From Bacteroidota bacterium (GTDB lineage Bacteria > Bacteroidota > Bacteroidia > Flavobacteriales_D > Crocinitomicaceae), in the NCBI GenBank assembly GCA_006227105.1, contig SBFR01000200.1:1-54843 (forward strand): a stretch of DNA of 54,843 nucleotides, given 5' to 3'. Every line of letters begins with the position of its first letter. Position 1 is the stretch's first letter. Made by a program: the position numbers and the translations under genes. Under the pieces are notes generated by a model, which saw nothing but the letters and a program-made list of their open reading frames with translations, ran no database searches and was not told the DNA's origin. Of the stretch, positions 21,238 to 31,621 are shown piece after piece.

Positions 21238-21936
21238 TTACAGTTTAACCTGATCTAAAATCCTAAGTATTTTGTTACGATCCACTTTTAGAAGCGATTC
21301 TGAAAACAAAGACTCTTCATCAAGAACACTCTTTACGGTACCAGAAAAATGAATAGCATCGGGCTTGATCTCATCAAAGATCTTTTTAATATTGGATGCA
21401 TTCACTCCACCGCCTGCCATGATCTCAATACGTCCATTGGCATAGGAATTCAATTGTTTCAATATTGGCATTCCGATCTCAACAGAACTCGCCATACCTG
21501 ACGTCAACACTCGATCTATACCACCTTCTATCAATATATCGATGGATCTTTTCCATTCTAGTGAATCATCAAAAGCACGATGGAACGTAATTTTAAGATC
21601 TCCAGCGGATCCTTTGATCATTTGAAGCAATTCCTTGTCGATCTCTCCAAATTCTGTTAATCCACCAATTACAACCCCTTTCACTCCTAACCTTCTACAC
21701 TCCTCAACATCGGCGATAATAATCTTTTTTTCTTCTGCTGAATAAGAAAAACCCCCGGCCCTTGGTCGAATTAGAACGTGAGTCTCAATTCCTTTGTCAA
21801 TAGCATATCGAATCAATCCGTAGGAAGGTGTTAATCCACCTTGCTCAAGACTCTGGCATAGTTCGATCCTATCGAAATTCAAATCTGTTGCAATATCTAT
21901 TGCTTCAGCGGATGCAGCACACAATTCAAACTTCAT
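21238..21936 (-). CDS. cutC: CutC family TIM-barrel protein
   Basis: RIELC...GGLTPS, LIRPRAGGF, TFHRAFD, RVLTSG, MAGGGV. Confidence 0.93.
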   Translation of the reverse strand: MKFELCAASAEAIDIATDLNFDRIELCQSLEQGGLTPSYGLIRYAIDKGIETHVLIRPRAGGFSYSAEEKKIIIADVEECRRLGVKGVVIGGLTEFGEIDKELLQMIKGSAGDLKITFHRAFDDSLEWKRSIDILIEGGIDRVLTSGMASSVEIGMPILKQLNSYANGRIEIMAGGGVNASNIKKIFDEIKPDAIHFSGTVKSVLDEESLFSESLLKVDRNKILRILDQVKL

Positions 21937-24230
21937 AATCGATGAATAATACGAATTTCATCCAGGAACGTCCATGGAATATTGTTAGCACCCGGTTTAC
22001 CACCCTCAATTCTCTCTTTCGGTTGAACGACAATCTTTACATAACGAACCTTTTTTACGTTCGTCAATAATTCCGAAGTAAAACCAGCTTTTCCCGAAGA
22101 TTTTGAAAAGACAGAAGAGGTCGATTTTACGGGTTTCCATTTCTTATTATTTTTCGAGACCTCAACCGAGAAATTCTGTGGAAGATGAATCCAAGAACCT
22201 TCATCCTCAAGGGCGCTTATTTGGACTTTTTCAACCACGGACTTCGTTCCAAGGTCGTATACATAGATCAATCGTTCTGATTGTCTATACCCTACCCATT
22301 CATATCCTTTCCATGGCTCTGCTCCAAAAACACCATCCGTAAGAGAGATTTCATTTCCCGGATATTGAGTACTTGGAGTAGTTTGTTGAAATGGTTTTAT
22401 TCCGATCATCGAATGATTGGACCAATGGTAGATAATTGGCTGCGTTAATAGATCACTGGATAACTTAAATGTGTATTCGTGAATATCCGAACCTTTCAGT
22501 CGCTCAAAGTAGAGAGTATCCTTCTTTTCAACGACCATGCCTCCTTTTAGCGCTTTCGCAGGATCAGTCGTCGTTACATAGAGATCATATCTGTATTCTC
22601 CCTCTCCTTTAAAATGAATTTTTAGACCGTTTTCAGCTTCAAAGATCTGCATGACCGGGTAGAACAAAGCTTCCGAATAATGTACTCCCTTTGATTTCAA
22701 AAATGGTAAATGATGATTGATCAATACCTCTTTAAAAAATTCATATGAAGGCTTTTTCGTACACCAAAGAGCTTGTGAGAGTGCAATTGCCCGAGGGTAC
22801 GTCATGTATTCCAAATGAGAAAAATCAGGAATATACTCCGTCCACAAATTCGCCTGACCACCAAGCACATAGGATGCTTCAGCGGGTGAAAAATCTTTAG
22901 GCGTAGGATCGAATGCGTACACTTTGTTCAATGGAGTATAGCCTCCTATCGCTACGGGTTCAGTTGACAAGGTGCTTTGATAATGATCAAAATAACAATG
23001 GGAACCAGGCGACATCACCACATAATGTCCTTGTTTTGCCGCTTCTATTCCCCCTTCAAAACCTCTCCAAGACATCACTGCAGCATTCGGAGACAACCCT
23101 CCTTCAAGAATTTCATCCCAACCGATCAATTTCCTTCCTTTTGCCGTCAAGTAGTCATCCATTCGATGGATAAAATAACTTTGAAGCTCATGCTCGTCCT
23201 TTAAGTCATTCTGAGCAATCACCTTTTGGCATTTGTCACACTCCCTCCATTTCGTCTTTGGAGCTTCATCTCCACCAATATGAATATACTCTGACGGAAA
23301 CAAATAAAGAACTTCATCCAATACATCTTGAAGAAAACGAATCGATTCTTCTTTCGAGCAATAGATATCATCAAAAATCCCCCATAATCCAGGTACATTC
23401 TGAGTTTCACCTGTACATGATAGTTCTGGATATGCAGCTAATGCCGCCCGACTATGTCCCGGCATTTCAATTTCCGGAACAATCGTTACGTATCTTTTTT
23501 TGGCATAGAGAACGATATCTTTGATCTCTTCCTGAGTATAATATCCACCGTATTTTTTCACCTCATATTCACGCGGTGATCGATTATAATGGCCAATAAC
23601 TGTACTATCTCTATATGCACCAACCGAAGTAAGCTTCGGGTATTTCTTGATTTCAATTCGCCATCCTTGATCATCAGTCAAATGCCAGTGAAACGTATTG
23701 AATTTGTAGTAGGACATCAGATCAATGTACCTCTTGACTTCCTCTACCGTGAAAAAATGGCGTGAAACATCGAGATGCAATCCTCGCCAATGATATTTTG
23801 GCTGATCACTCACGAAACACTTGATCAAATTAACCCCTTGTTCCTCTCGCGACATCAACTGGAAAAGACTATTGATCGCATAAAAACAACTGGCCTCACT
23901 GGAATAGCTGATCCTGATGTTTTCATCCACATTGATCGAATAAAAATCCTGTGGCACATTTTCCAACTTGTGAAATGATAATTTTTGCGACTTAGGAGTT
24001 ACCACCATTCGAAGTCCAAACTCCTCTGTTAGTCTTCTGGAAAGCATGGTTCGGATATTATCCGGAAGATCATTACTGTTCACAGAGATTTCTTCACCGA
24101 GAAAAATGGATCCCTTATTTTCCTGATAGATCGTTGGTGTCGGAAGAATTGGACATTGTGACAAAGAAATCGTCGTGCCGATCAAGATCAAGACCAGCAC
24201 AAGATATCCTTTCAAATAATTAAACTTCAT
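21933..24230 (-). CDS. GH20 beta-N-acetylhexosaminidase with C-terminal F5/8 type C-like domain
   Basis: WRGLHLDVSRHF, HWHLTDDQGWR, PEIEMPGH, catalytic HIGGDE, QANLWTEY. Confidence 0.94.
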   Translation of the reverse strand: MKFNYLKGYLVLVLILIGTTISLSQCPILPTPTIYQENKGSIFLGEEISVNSNDLPDNIRTMLSRRLTEEFGLRMVVTPKSQKLSFHKLENVPQDFYSINVDENIRISYSSEASCFYAINSLFQLMSREEQGVNLIKCFVSDQPKYHWRGLHLDVSRHFFTVEEVKRYIDLMSYYKFNTFHWHLTDDQGWRIEIKKYPKLTSVGAYRDSTVIGHYNRSPREYEVKKYGGYYTQEEIKDIVLYAKKRYVTIVPEIEMPGHSRAALAAYPELSCTGETQNVPGLWGIFDDIYCSKEESIRFLQDVLDEVLYLFPSEYIHIGGDEAPKTKWRECDKCQKVIAQNDLKDEHELQSYFIHRMDDYLTAKGRKLIGWDEILEGGLSPNAAVMSWRGFEGGIEAAKQGHYVVMSPGSHCYFDHYQSTLSTEPVAIGGYTPLNKVYAFDPTPKDFSPAEASYVLGGQANLWTEYIPDFSHLEYMTYPRAIALSQALWCTKKPSYEFFKEVLINHHLPFLKSKGVHYSEALFYPVMQIFEAENGLKIHFKGEGEYRYDLYVTTTDPAKALKGGMVVEKKDTLYFERLKGSDIHEYTFKLSSDLLTQPIIYHWSNHSMIGIKPFQQTTPSTQYPGNEISLTDGVFGAEPWKGYEWVGYRQSERLIYVYDLGTKSVVEKVQISALEDEGSWIHLPQNFSVEVSKNNKKWKPVKSTSSVFSKSSGKAGFTSELLTNVKKVRYVKIVVQPKERIEGGKPGANNIPWTFLDEIRIIHRL

Positions 24231-24240
24231 TCAATGAAAG

Positions 24241-27200
24241 TTACATATTTCTTCGGTATTGTCCTCCAACTTCGAACAAAGCACTTGTTATCTGTCCTAA
24301 AGATGCATATTTACATGTTTCCATGAGTTCTTCAAACATGTTCCTGTTCTGAATTGCGGCTTCCTGAACTTTTTCAATTCCTTCTTTAGCCCTCTGAAGA
24401 TTAGCCTTATGCAAATTCTCAAGCATTGTAATCTGGTATTGCTTTTCTTCTTCTGTCGCTCTTATCACTTCCTTAGGAAGAATCGTAGGAGATCCTTTAG
24501 AGCTCAAGAAAGTATTCACACCAATGATCGGGAATTCACCTGTATGCTTAAGTGTCTCATAATACAATGATTCTTCCTGGATCTTCGAACGCTGATACAT
24601 GGTTTCCATCGCCCCAAGAACCCCACCTCGTTCCGTAATTCTGTCAAACTCAGTAAGGACTGCTTCCTCTACCAAATCCGTTAATTCTTCAATAATAAAC
24701 GATCCCTGAAGTGGATTTTCGTTCTTCGCCAATCCAAGCTCTCTGTTTATGATCAGCTGTATCGCCATCGCTCTTCTTACAGACTCCTCTGTAGGTGTCG
24801 TAATCGCTTCATCATATGCATTGGTATGCAATGAATTACAGTTATCATAGATCGCATAAAGCGCCTGAAGCGTTGTACGAATATCATTAAAATCAATTTC
24901 CTGAGCATGCAGAGATCTTCCTGAAGTCTGAATATGATACTTCAACATTTGAGCTCTTGCATTGGCTCCATACTTTTTAGAAAGAGCCTTTGCCCAGATC
25001 CTTCTTGCTACCCTACCAATTACTGCATATTCAGGGTCAATTCCGTTCGAGAAGAAGAATGATAAGTTTGGACCGAAATCGTTTATGTCCATTCCTCTAC
25101 TCAGGTAATACTCGACATATGTAAATCCATTTGCCAGTGTAAATGCCAGCTGAGTGATCGGATTTGCCCCTGCTTCAGCAATGTGATATCCTGAAATGGA
25201 AACCGAATAGAAATTGCGTACTTTCTTGTCGATAAAATACTCCTGGACATCTCCCATTAGACGAAGCGCAAATTCTGTAGAGAAAATACAAGTGTTTTGT
25301 GCCTGATCTTCTTTCAAAATATCTGCCTGAACTGTTCCTCTAACTTGAGTCAATGTTTCAGCCTTGATCTGCTCATAAACGTCCTTTGGAAGCACCTGGT
25401 CTCCTGTCACGCCCAGAAGCATCAGTCCTAATCCATCATTTCCTTCCGGAAGCTCTCCCTGATACTTAGGTCTTTCAACTCCTTTTTCTTTATATATAGC
25501 AGCAATTTTAGCCTCAACTTCTGCTTCAAGACCATTGGCTTTAATGTATTTTTCACAATTCTGATCGATCGCAGCATTCATGAAAAATCCTAAAAGCATA
25601 GGAGCCGGACCATTGATGGTCATTGACACCGAGGTTGCCGGATGAGAAAGATCAAATCCAGAGTATAATTTTTTGGCGTCATCCAGACAACAGATCGAAA
25701 CTCCTGAGTTCCCGATCTTTCCATAAATATCTGGTCTCAGATCCGGATCATTTCCATACAAAGTAACCGAGTCAAATGCGGTAGACAAACGTTTAGCCGG
25801 CATTCCAAGCGATACATAATGGAATCGCTTATTTGTTCTTTCTGGACCACCTTCTCCTGCAAACATCCTCGTCGGATCCTCTCCTTCTCTCTTGAAAGGG
25901 AACAATCCTGACGTATATGGAAATTCACCTGGAACATTCTCCTGAAGGCTCCAACGTAATATATCTCCCCATCCCTTGTATTTTGGTGTCGCTACCTTTG
26001 GGATATCCAAATGTGATAACGATTCAGTATGTGTCTGAAGTGACAGAATCTTGTCTCTTACTTTGAACTGGAATTCAGGAGCCTTGTAAAGAGCCACTTT
26101 TTCTTCCCATTTATTGAGGATCTCCCAGTTCTTTGGATCAAGCTCCAGCTTTTCCTTTTCCATTGCCTCCTGAAGTCCTTTGATCAAACGATCCTTATCC
26201 TCAAGAGTAGAGTTACTAATTGTGTTTATCGATGAATAAAGTCCAAATAGACGATCAGCAACTTCAACTTGTTTATCTACCCAATGATCGTAAGCCCTGT
26301 TGTTTTCAGAGATTTCAGACAAATACCTTGTCCTGTCCGGTGGAATGACAAAGATCTTTTCACTCATTTCTCTGGTGATCTCAAATGTAGATTCCAAAGG
26401 AGCAGATGTCTTTTCAACCACCTTATCCATGATCGCTTTGTAGAGCGAGTTCATTCCCGGATCGTTGAATTGAGAAGCGATGGTTCCAAACACAGGCATT
26501 TCATCCACGTTCTGATCCCAGAGATTGTGATTTCGCTGATATTGCTTGCGAACATCTCTCAAGGCATCAAGCGCTCCTCTTTTATCAAACTTATTCAGTG
26601 CGATGATATCTGCAAAGTCAAGCATATCGATCTTTTCCAACTGCGTAGCAGCACCGTATTCAGGCGTCATTACATACAGTGATGCATCTGAGTGGTCAAG
26701 AATTTCCGTATCAGACTGACCGATTCCAGAAGTTTCAAGAATGATCAGATCGTATTCTGCCACTTTTAAAATATTGATCGCCTCAGACACGTGCTTTGAT
26801 AATGCCAAATTGGATTGTCTGGTAGCCAATGAACGCATATATACACGCTCATTTCGAATCGAATTCATTCTGATCCTATCTCCTAGTAACGCACCTCCAG
26901 TCTTTCTTTTAGAAGGATCAACTGAAACTACTGCAATCATTTTCGTTGGAAAATCGATCAAAAATCGTCTTACCAATTCATCTACCAATGATGATTTTCC
27001 TGCACCACCAGTCCCTGTAATACCCAAAACAGGTACTTTAGAATCGGATGCCATTGCTCCAATCTCTTTCAATAAAGCGTCATTTTCTTCAGGGAAATTC
27101 TCAGCCGCAGAGATCAGATGAGCAATTGAAGGCACATGCTTTTCTTTTAAACGGTCCTTCTCATTGGTTAAACCAGTCCCAACAGGAAAATCACACCTTT

Positions 27201-27621
27201 GAACAAGATCATTGATCATCCCCTGAAGACCCATTGCCCTACCATCATCCGGATGATAAATTCTCGTTATACCGTATGCTTGTAATTCTTCAATTTCAGA
27301 AGGAAGAATTGTACCTCCTCCTCCTCCGAAGATCTTGATGTGTTCTGCTCCCTTCTCTTTCAAAAGGTCATACATGTATTTAAAATACTCTGTATGCCCA
27401 CCTTGATAAGATGTCATTGCAATCGCCTGAACATCCTCCTGGATCGCACAATTTACCACTTCTTCTACAGAACGATCGTGACCTAAATGGATCACCTCAC
27501 AGCCCGTCGACTGTATGATCCTTCTCATAATATTTATCGCTGCATCATGACCGTCAAACAATGAGGCCGCAGTTACTATTCTTACCTTATTAACTGGTTT
27601 GTAGACTTCTACTTTTTCCAT
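24241..27621 (-). CDS. icmF: Fused isobutyryl-CoA mutase / MeaB-like GTPase (B12-dependent)
   Basis: N-terminal B12 domain DGHDAAIN, P-loop [17 protein letters not shown], then mutase domain [36 protein letters not shown]. Confidence 0.92.
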   Translation of the reverse strand: MEKVEVYKPVNKVRIVTAASLFDGHDAAINIMRRIIQSTGCEVIHLGHDRSVEEVVNCAIQEDVQAIAMTSYQGGHTEYFKYMYDLLKEKGAEHIKIFGGGGGTILPSEIEELQAYGITRIYHPDDGRAMGLQGMINDLVQRCDFPVGTGLTNEKDRLKEKHVPSIAHLISAAENFPEENDALLKEIGAMASDSKVPVLGITGTGGAGKSSLVDELVRRFLIDFPTKMIAVVSVDPSKRKTGGALLGDRIRMNSIRNERVYMRSLATRQSNLALSKHVSEAINILKVAEYDLIILETSGIGQSDTEILDHSDASLYVMTPEYGAATQLEKIDMLDFADIIALNKFDKRGALDALRDVRKQYQRNHNLWDQNVDEMPVFGTIASQFNDPGMNSLYKAIMDKVVEKTSAPLESTFEITREMSEKIFVIPPDRTRYLSEISENNRAYDHWVDKQVEVADRLFGLYSSINTISNSTLEDKDRLIKGLQEAMEKEKLELDPKNWEILNKWEEKVALYKAPEFQFKVRDKILSLQTHTESLSHLDIPKVATPKYKGWGDILRWSLQENVPGEFPYTSGLFPFKREGEDPTRMFAGEGGPERTNKRFHYVSLGMPAKRLSTAFDSVTLYGNDPDLRPDIYGKIGNSGVSICCLDDAKKLYSGFDLSHPATSVSMTINGPAPMLLGFFMNAAIDQNCEKYIKANGLEAEVEAKIAAIYKEKGVERPKYQGELPEGNDGLGLMLLGVTGDQVLPKDVYEQIKAETLTQVRGTVQADILKEDQAQNTCIFSTEFALRLMGDVQEYFIDKKVRNFYSVSISGYHIAEAGANPITQLAFTLANGFTYVEYYLSRGMDINDFGPNLSFFFSNGIDPEYAVIGRVARRIWAKALSKKYGANARAQMLKYHIQTSGRSLHAQEIDFNDIRTTLQALYAIYDNCNSLHTNAYDEAITTPTEESVRRAMAIQLIINRELGLAKNENPLQGSFIIEELTDLVEEAVLTEFDRITERGGVLGAMETMYQRSKIQEESLYYETLKHTGEFPIIGVNTFLSSKGSPTILPKEVIRATEEEKQYQITMLENLHKANLQRAKEGIEKVQEAAIQNRNMFEELMETCKYASLGQITSALFEVGGQYRRNM

Positions 27622-27739
27622 GCTTGTTTCCTGAATTTCAAGGTCTGTAAAAATAGTAAAATTTAGGGTATTCTAACCCTAATCTGTGATTCAAAAGTTC
27701 ATGTTTAAGAACTGAAAAATGGTTCCTTGAAAAACAGTT

Positions 27740-27759
27740 AGAGGGAGTTCCCTCCCTCT
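27740..27759 (-). terminator. Possible terminator after vWA gene
   Basis: AGAGGGAG-N4-CTCCCTCT hairpin; T tract is separated from the stem on the minus strand. Confidence 0.5.
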
Positions 27760-27768
27760 CACCTTGAC

Positions 27769-28893
27769 TCATTTCACCTGAACAAACTTTCCATTGTTCA
27801 TCATGAATTTCAGTTTACCAAATCGAATAACCTTGCCTTCTCCAATTTTAGCCACCTCTTCGAGGTCACTCTCAATGGTATGTACTGAACCTCCGGTTGC
27901 ATGAGCAATATCCAAATAAACGGTATTGAGTCGATCGGTTACTCCGCAGACAATGATCCTTACCGGAATTTTTTCTCTTTTTAAATAATCGAGAAGAGCC
28001 ATGTCACAAGGGCTTTCCCAGTTGTCTGCGATCATCACTACATTCATCTTATTTTCCGGAAACTTTTTAATCGCATAAAACACAGCTTCCAAATTATTTT
28101 CATAATGCCCACCTTTCTCCATCGCCACAAATGCCTGATCGATCACTTTTTTTGAATTGCCGGTTTCAATACTCCAAATTCCCGAAGTGTCTAATTCCCT
28201 TTTCTGATCATTACTTTTTTCATCGTCGTCATTAAAAAAGACAATTTGTTTGAAAGATTTGATTGCCTGGTTACTCTTTATCCAGAAGAGTAACTGAGCA
28301 GTATAAGGAGACATACTTCCTGTTACATCACAAACCACAAGCATGTTTTTCCAATCCTTTTTCCGATCCAACACCTTCAAAATTGTTGAATCCTGAGGCG
28401 CTACCTTCCCGTCCACGATATCATTGATCATTTGATTTTCATCCTGATAACTTGGCATCGGGCGGTAATAGATCGTAAGACCATGAAAATAATTCTGAAT
28501 TCCTCCTGTTTCAGAGACTCCAGTTTGCTTAAACAGTCGCCAGTTTACCATATTACTTTCAAAAGCTTCTGGAAATTGCATAAAAAGCTCAAGTATCCTC
28601 TTTCGGTTGAGCTCACTAAAATCCTCTCCTTTCGGATAATCTGAATAAACGAGATCAATTCCTGTAATGGTAAAACCAGCCAGCTTTTTCAGATCATTCA
28701 AGTTTAAGATCTCATGATCTCCAGGATGCATCTTCAGCTGAAGCGTATTGAAACCATTGATCTCAGGAGTATACTTGTATACTTCGACTGTATCCTTAAA
28801 TCTAATTCTCTCACGGATCGTGACAGAGCTTTGAGCTTGTGCCGATAAGGTCACCGTCAAAGTAAAAGCCAGGGTGAAATAAAGCGTTCTCAT
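27769..28893 (-). CDS. Secreted protein with C-terminal vWA-like domain
   Basis: Signal peptide; LVVCDVTGSM MIDAS-like motif, ENNLEA, VVMIADN, IAHATGG. Confidence 0.75.
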   Translation of the reverse strand: MRTLYFTLAFTLTVTLSAQAQSSVTIRERIRFKDTVEVYKYTPEINGFNTLQLKMHPGDHEILNLNDLKKLAGFTITGIDLVYSDYPKGEDFSELNRKRILELFMQFPEAFESNMVNWRLFKQTGVSETGGIQNYFHGLTIYYRPMPSYQDENQMINDIVDGKVAPQDSTILKVLDRKKDWKNMLVVCDVTGSMSPYTAQLLFWIKSNQAIKSFKQIVFFNDDDEKSNDQKRELDTSGIWSIETGNSKKVIDQAFVAMEKGGHYENNLEAVFYAIKKFPENKMNVVMIADNWESPCDMALLDYLKREKIPVRIIVCGVTDRLNTVYLDIAHATGGSVHTIESDLEEVAKIGEGKVIRFGKLKFMMNNGKFVQVK

Positions 28894-28940
28894 ACCCTAA
28901 CAACTTATCAACCAAGAAAAAGTAACAGTCGATTAAAAAA

Positions 28941-31577
28941 TCAGAACCTTAGGATGAGCTTAAGATTGAATCTTCTCTGTGTCAGATAATTGGGAATCGA
29001 ATAATATTTTCCCTCAACATCCTGAATCCATTGCTTGGACAAAACGTTGTTAATCCCTAGCAAATTGAACACCTCGAACGAAATGATTGCATCTGAGAAT
29101 TTTCGCTGAAAGAAACCAGGATCATCTTTCTTCTTGTATAGGAAGTCATATGACATACCAATGTCAACCCTAAAATATCCTTTCATTCGAAGAGTATCTT
29201 TATACCTGTCCCTGTCCGGCGGACCGTAAGGCAAAGGGGCTCCATATTGCATACCCATTTGAACAGAAAAACTTTCAAAGCCTGGCATTCTATCCTGAAC
29301 CAATGCGCCAAAATTGATCAACTGGTCAGTTGGACGAGGGACATATCCGGGATATATCACAGCACTATCTACAACTGTTTGATCCTCGGAATAGCCAAAT
29401 ATGATCCTTTCTCCTGCCGCATTATAGTATTCCGTGTATTGATCTGAAAGGACATCTTCTTTTGTTGACAAAACACCCAGCTTGAAAAATGACTCTATCC
29501 CTTCCACAAATTCACCATGAATATTGAGATCCAAACCATACGCATAAGCCACCGCATCATTGTTCGCATAATATCGTGTTCGCACATTTTCGATCTCATA
29601 TGGATTCACATCCCACATATACTTGTAATAGGCTTCTGCCGTAAATTTGAATGGAACGTCTCTGCCCCACATTTTAAAATAAACGTCTGATCCAGTCACA
29701 AAATGGAAAGATTTCTGAGCAAGCACACTCGTATTTAATCCACCGGTAAATGTTCTCATTTCCCTGTAAAATGGGGGTTGATAATACAATCCTGTCGCTA
29801 TTCTAATGCTCAGATCCCTTTTTACAACCTTACCATTATCAACCATATATGTTCTTGGGTAATAGATCAAGGAGGCACGAGGAGTAACAAATAATTCATT
29901 ATTCACAGCGGTATATCCCGCTCTTACTCCAATTGTGTATGCAAGCTTGGCAAGAGACTCCGAAATCGTATCCCGATAGATCCGATCTATTTTTTCACGA
30001 CCATTCTTTTCCTTTTTTGCTAATTCAATCGCGAGATCCTTTTTGTTTCTGGACCACGTACCATTCCATTGAGCAAATGAAGTCAACCGATCATTTGATA
30101 AATTCAACTCACCCTTAATCGTCTCAAAAAGAGTGATTTTACCATCATTATTTTGAGGAACACTATAACCTGCAGAATCCACCATTTTCCATTCTGAAAG
30201 AACATCATAGAAAATGTCATGCTGGTAATTCACCCCATAATTGAATGAATGACTTCGAAAGATCGTTCGGTCGTCATCTTTAAAGCCCGAAACTACATCA
30301 TGAGTAGCTTGAACATATGTATTAAAGATGGTTGCATTCAATTTGTTTCGCGCATGATTCAAAAAGGTACCAACACCCAACACAGCTATTGAATCTCCGT
30401 ACTCTTCCTTAGAAGGGTCCGTTTCAAGCTCATTGATATAATATTGACCCTGTATATCGAAGTACTCTCTTTCATTGGTATTGAATACAGTAGCATACCA
30501 TTCATACTTGTTCTTTTCATTGGGTTTCCAGGTCAGTGAAGTACCACCCATCATGGTTTGGAACCTTGTCTGTTCCTGCCCATCAAAGTAAATTCGAAAA
30601 GAATAAGCCTCATTTGCAGTACCAAAATCAGTTTCTTGTGTCTGTGGGGAAAAACGATAATTGTTTGAAGAAAGATGGCCAATTAGTGACCATGTTAGAT
30701 TTTCATTGATCGCATAATTTGTCAGAATTTGAGCGTCCCAGAAAACAGGATTATAAGCCCCTTTTGTTGGTAGAGAGTTTAGCAGGTAGCCATTGGAACG
30801 GTAACGGGCACCAACCAGGAAATTCAATCTACTTGTCGGAGCATCCTCAACATGACTTTCAACTCCAAGCAAGCTAGCCATAGCCGAACCATGGAATTCA
30901 GTAGGCGTTTTATAAGTAATGTCCAGTACTGAACTTAATTTATCACCGTATTGAGCGTTAAATCCACCTGCAGAAAACTGAATAGATTCGACGAGTGCCG
31001 AATTAATGAAACTCATACCCTCTTGTTGTCCACTACGCGTTAAAAACGGCCTATAGATCAGGAAACCATTGACATACACAAGGTTCTCATCATAGTTTCC
31101 ACCTCTCACATTGTAGTTTGAAGTCAGCTCATTGTTCGACGTTGCGGCAGTAGTGTATACCAGTGATCTTTCAACACTTCCCATTGGAATATTCTGCAGA
31201 TCATACTTCGGAAGCTTCGGTAATTCAAAGGGATCTTTCTTATCTACTACTACCTCTACTACATCTTGTTGTTGTATAGGGAAATCAATATTCGTCAGAC
31301 GAAGAGTTCGTTCATTTGGAACAATGATCGTTTTGTCAAATGTAAATTCACCCAACGAGTAGCGAACCTTTAATGTATCTCCTTTTAAAGCATAGAATTC
31401 GTACACCCCAAACTGATCGGTATAAACTGTACCTGGCTCTCCTTTATCTGAGCTAACTTTCACAGCGATCAAACCCTTCCCTTTTTTATCAAGACACTTC
31501 CCGGTTACGCGCACTGCATCCTGAGCACTGGAAATCAGTGAGATAAAAGAAAAAAGGAAGATAAAAGATAACCGCAT
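28941..31577 (-). CDS. TonB-dependent receptor-like beta-barrel with plug (conserved Bacteroidota type)
   Basis: NNELTSNYNVRGGNYDENLVYVNG...FSAGGFNAQYGDKLSSVLDI plug; C-terminal EVFNLL...RRFNLKLILRF. Confidence 0.88.
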   Translation of the reverse strand: MRLSFIFLFSFISLISSAQDAVRVTGKCLDKKGKGLIAVKVSSDKGEPGTVYTDQFGVYEFYALKGDTLKVRYSLGEFTFDKTIIVPNERTLRLTNIDFPIQQQDVVEVVVDKKDPFELPKLPKYDLQNIPMGSVERSLVYTTAATSNNELTSNYNVRGGNYDENLVYVNGFLIYRPFLTRSGQQEGMSFINSALVESIQFSAGGFNAQYGDKLSSVLDITYKTPTEFHGSAMASLLGVESHVEDAPTSRLNFLVGARYRSNGYLLNSLPTKGAYNPVFWDAQILTNYAINENLTWSLIGHLSSNNYRFSPQTQETDFGTANEAYSFRIYFDGQEQTRFQTMMGGTSLTWKPNEKNKYEWYATVFNTNEREYFDIQGQYYINELETDPSKEEYGDSIAVLGVGTFLNHARNKLNATIFNTYVQATHDVVSGFKDDDRTIFRSHSFNYGVNYQHDIFYDVLSEWKMVDSAGYSVPQNNDGKITLFETIKGELNLSNDRLTSFAQWNGTWSRNKKDLAIELAKKEKNGREKIDRIYRDTISESLAKLAYTIGVRAGYTAVNNELFVTPRASLIYYPRTYMVDNGKVVKRDLSIRIATGLYYQPPFYREMRTFTGGLNTSVLAQKSFHFVTGSDVYFKMWGRDVPFKFTAEAYYKYMWDVNPYEIENVRTRYYANNDAVAYAYGLDLNIHGEFVEGIESFFKLGVLSTKEDVLSDQYTEYYNAAGERIIFGYSEDQTVVDSAVIYPGYVPRPTDQLINFGALVQDRMPGFESFSVQMGMQYGAPLPYGPPDRDRYKDTLRMKGYFRVDIGMSYDFLYKKKDDPGFFQRKFSDAIISFEVFNLLGINNVLSKQWIQDVEGKYYSIPNYLTQRRFNLKLILRF

Positions 31578-31621
31578 CAATTTTAAGTCGAAATAGAAAC
31601 GCCAAATATGTCTAAATATTT

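Noticed and set aside
21209..21245. ECF-type promoter (TGTAAT-N16-CGTT), with CGTTATAT also upstream of 34098
   Set aside because: The -35 part is not shared between the two sites; too weak to call.
27622..27768. Cobalamin riboswitch upstream of B12-dependent icmF
   Set aside because: Region is short and AT-rich with no recognisable B12 box.
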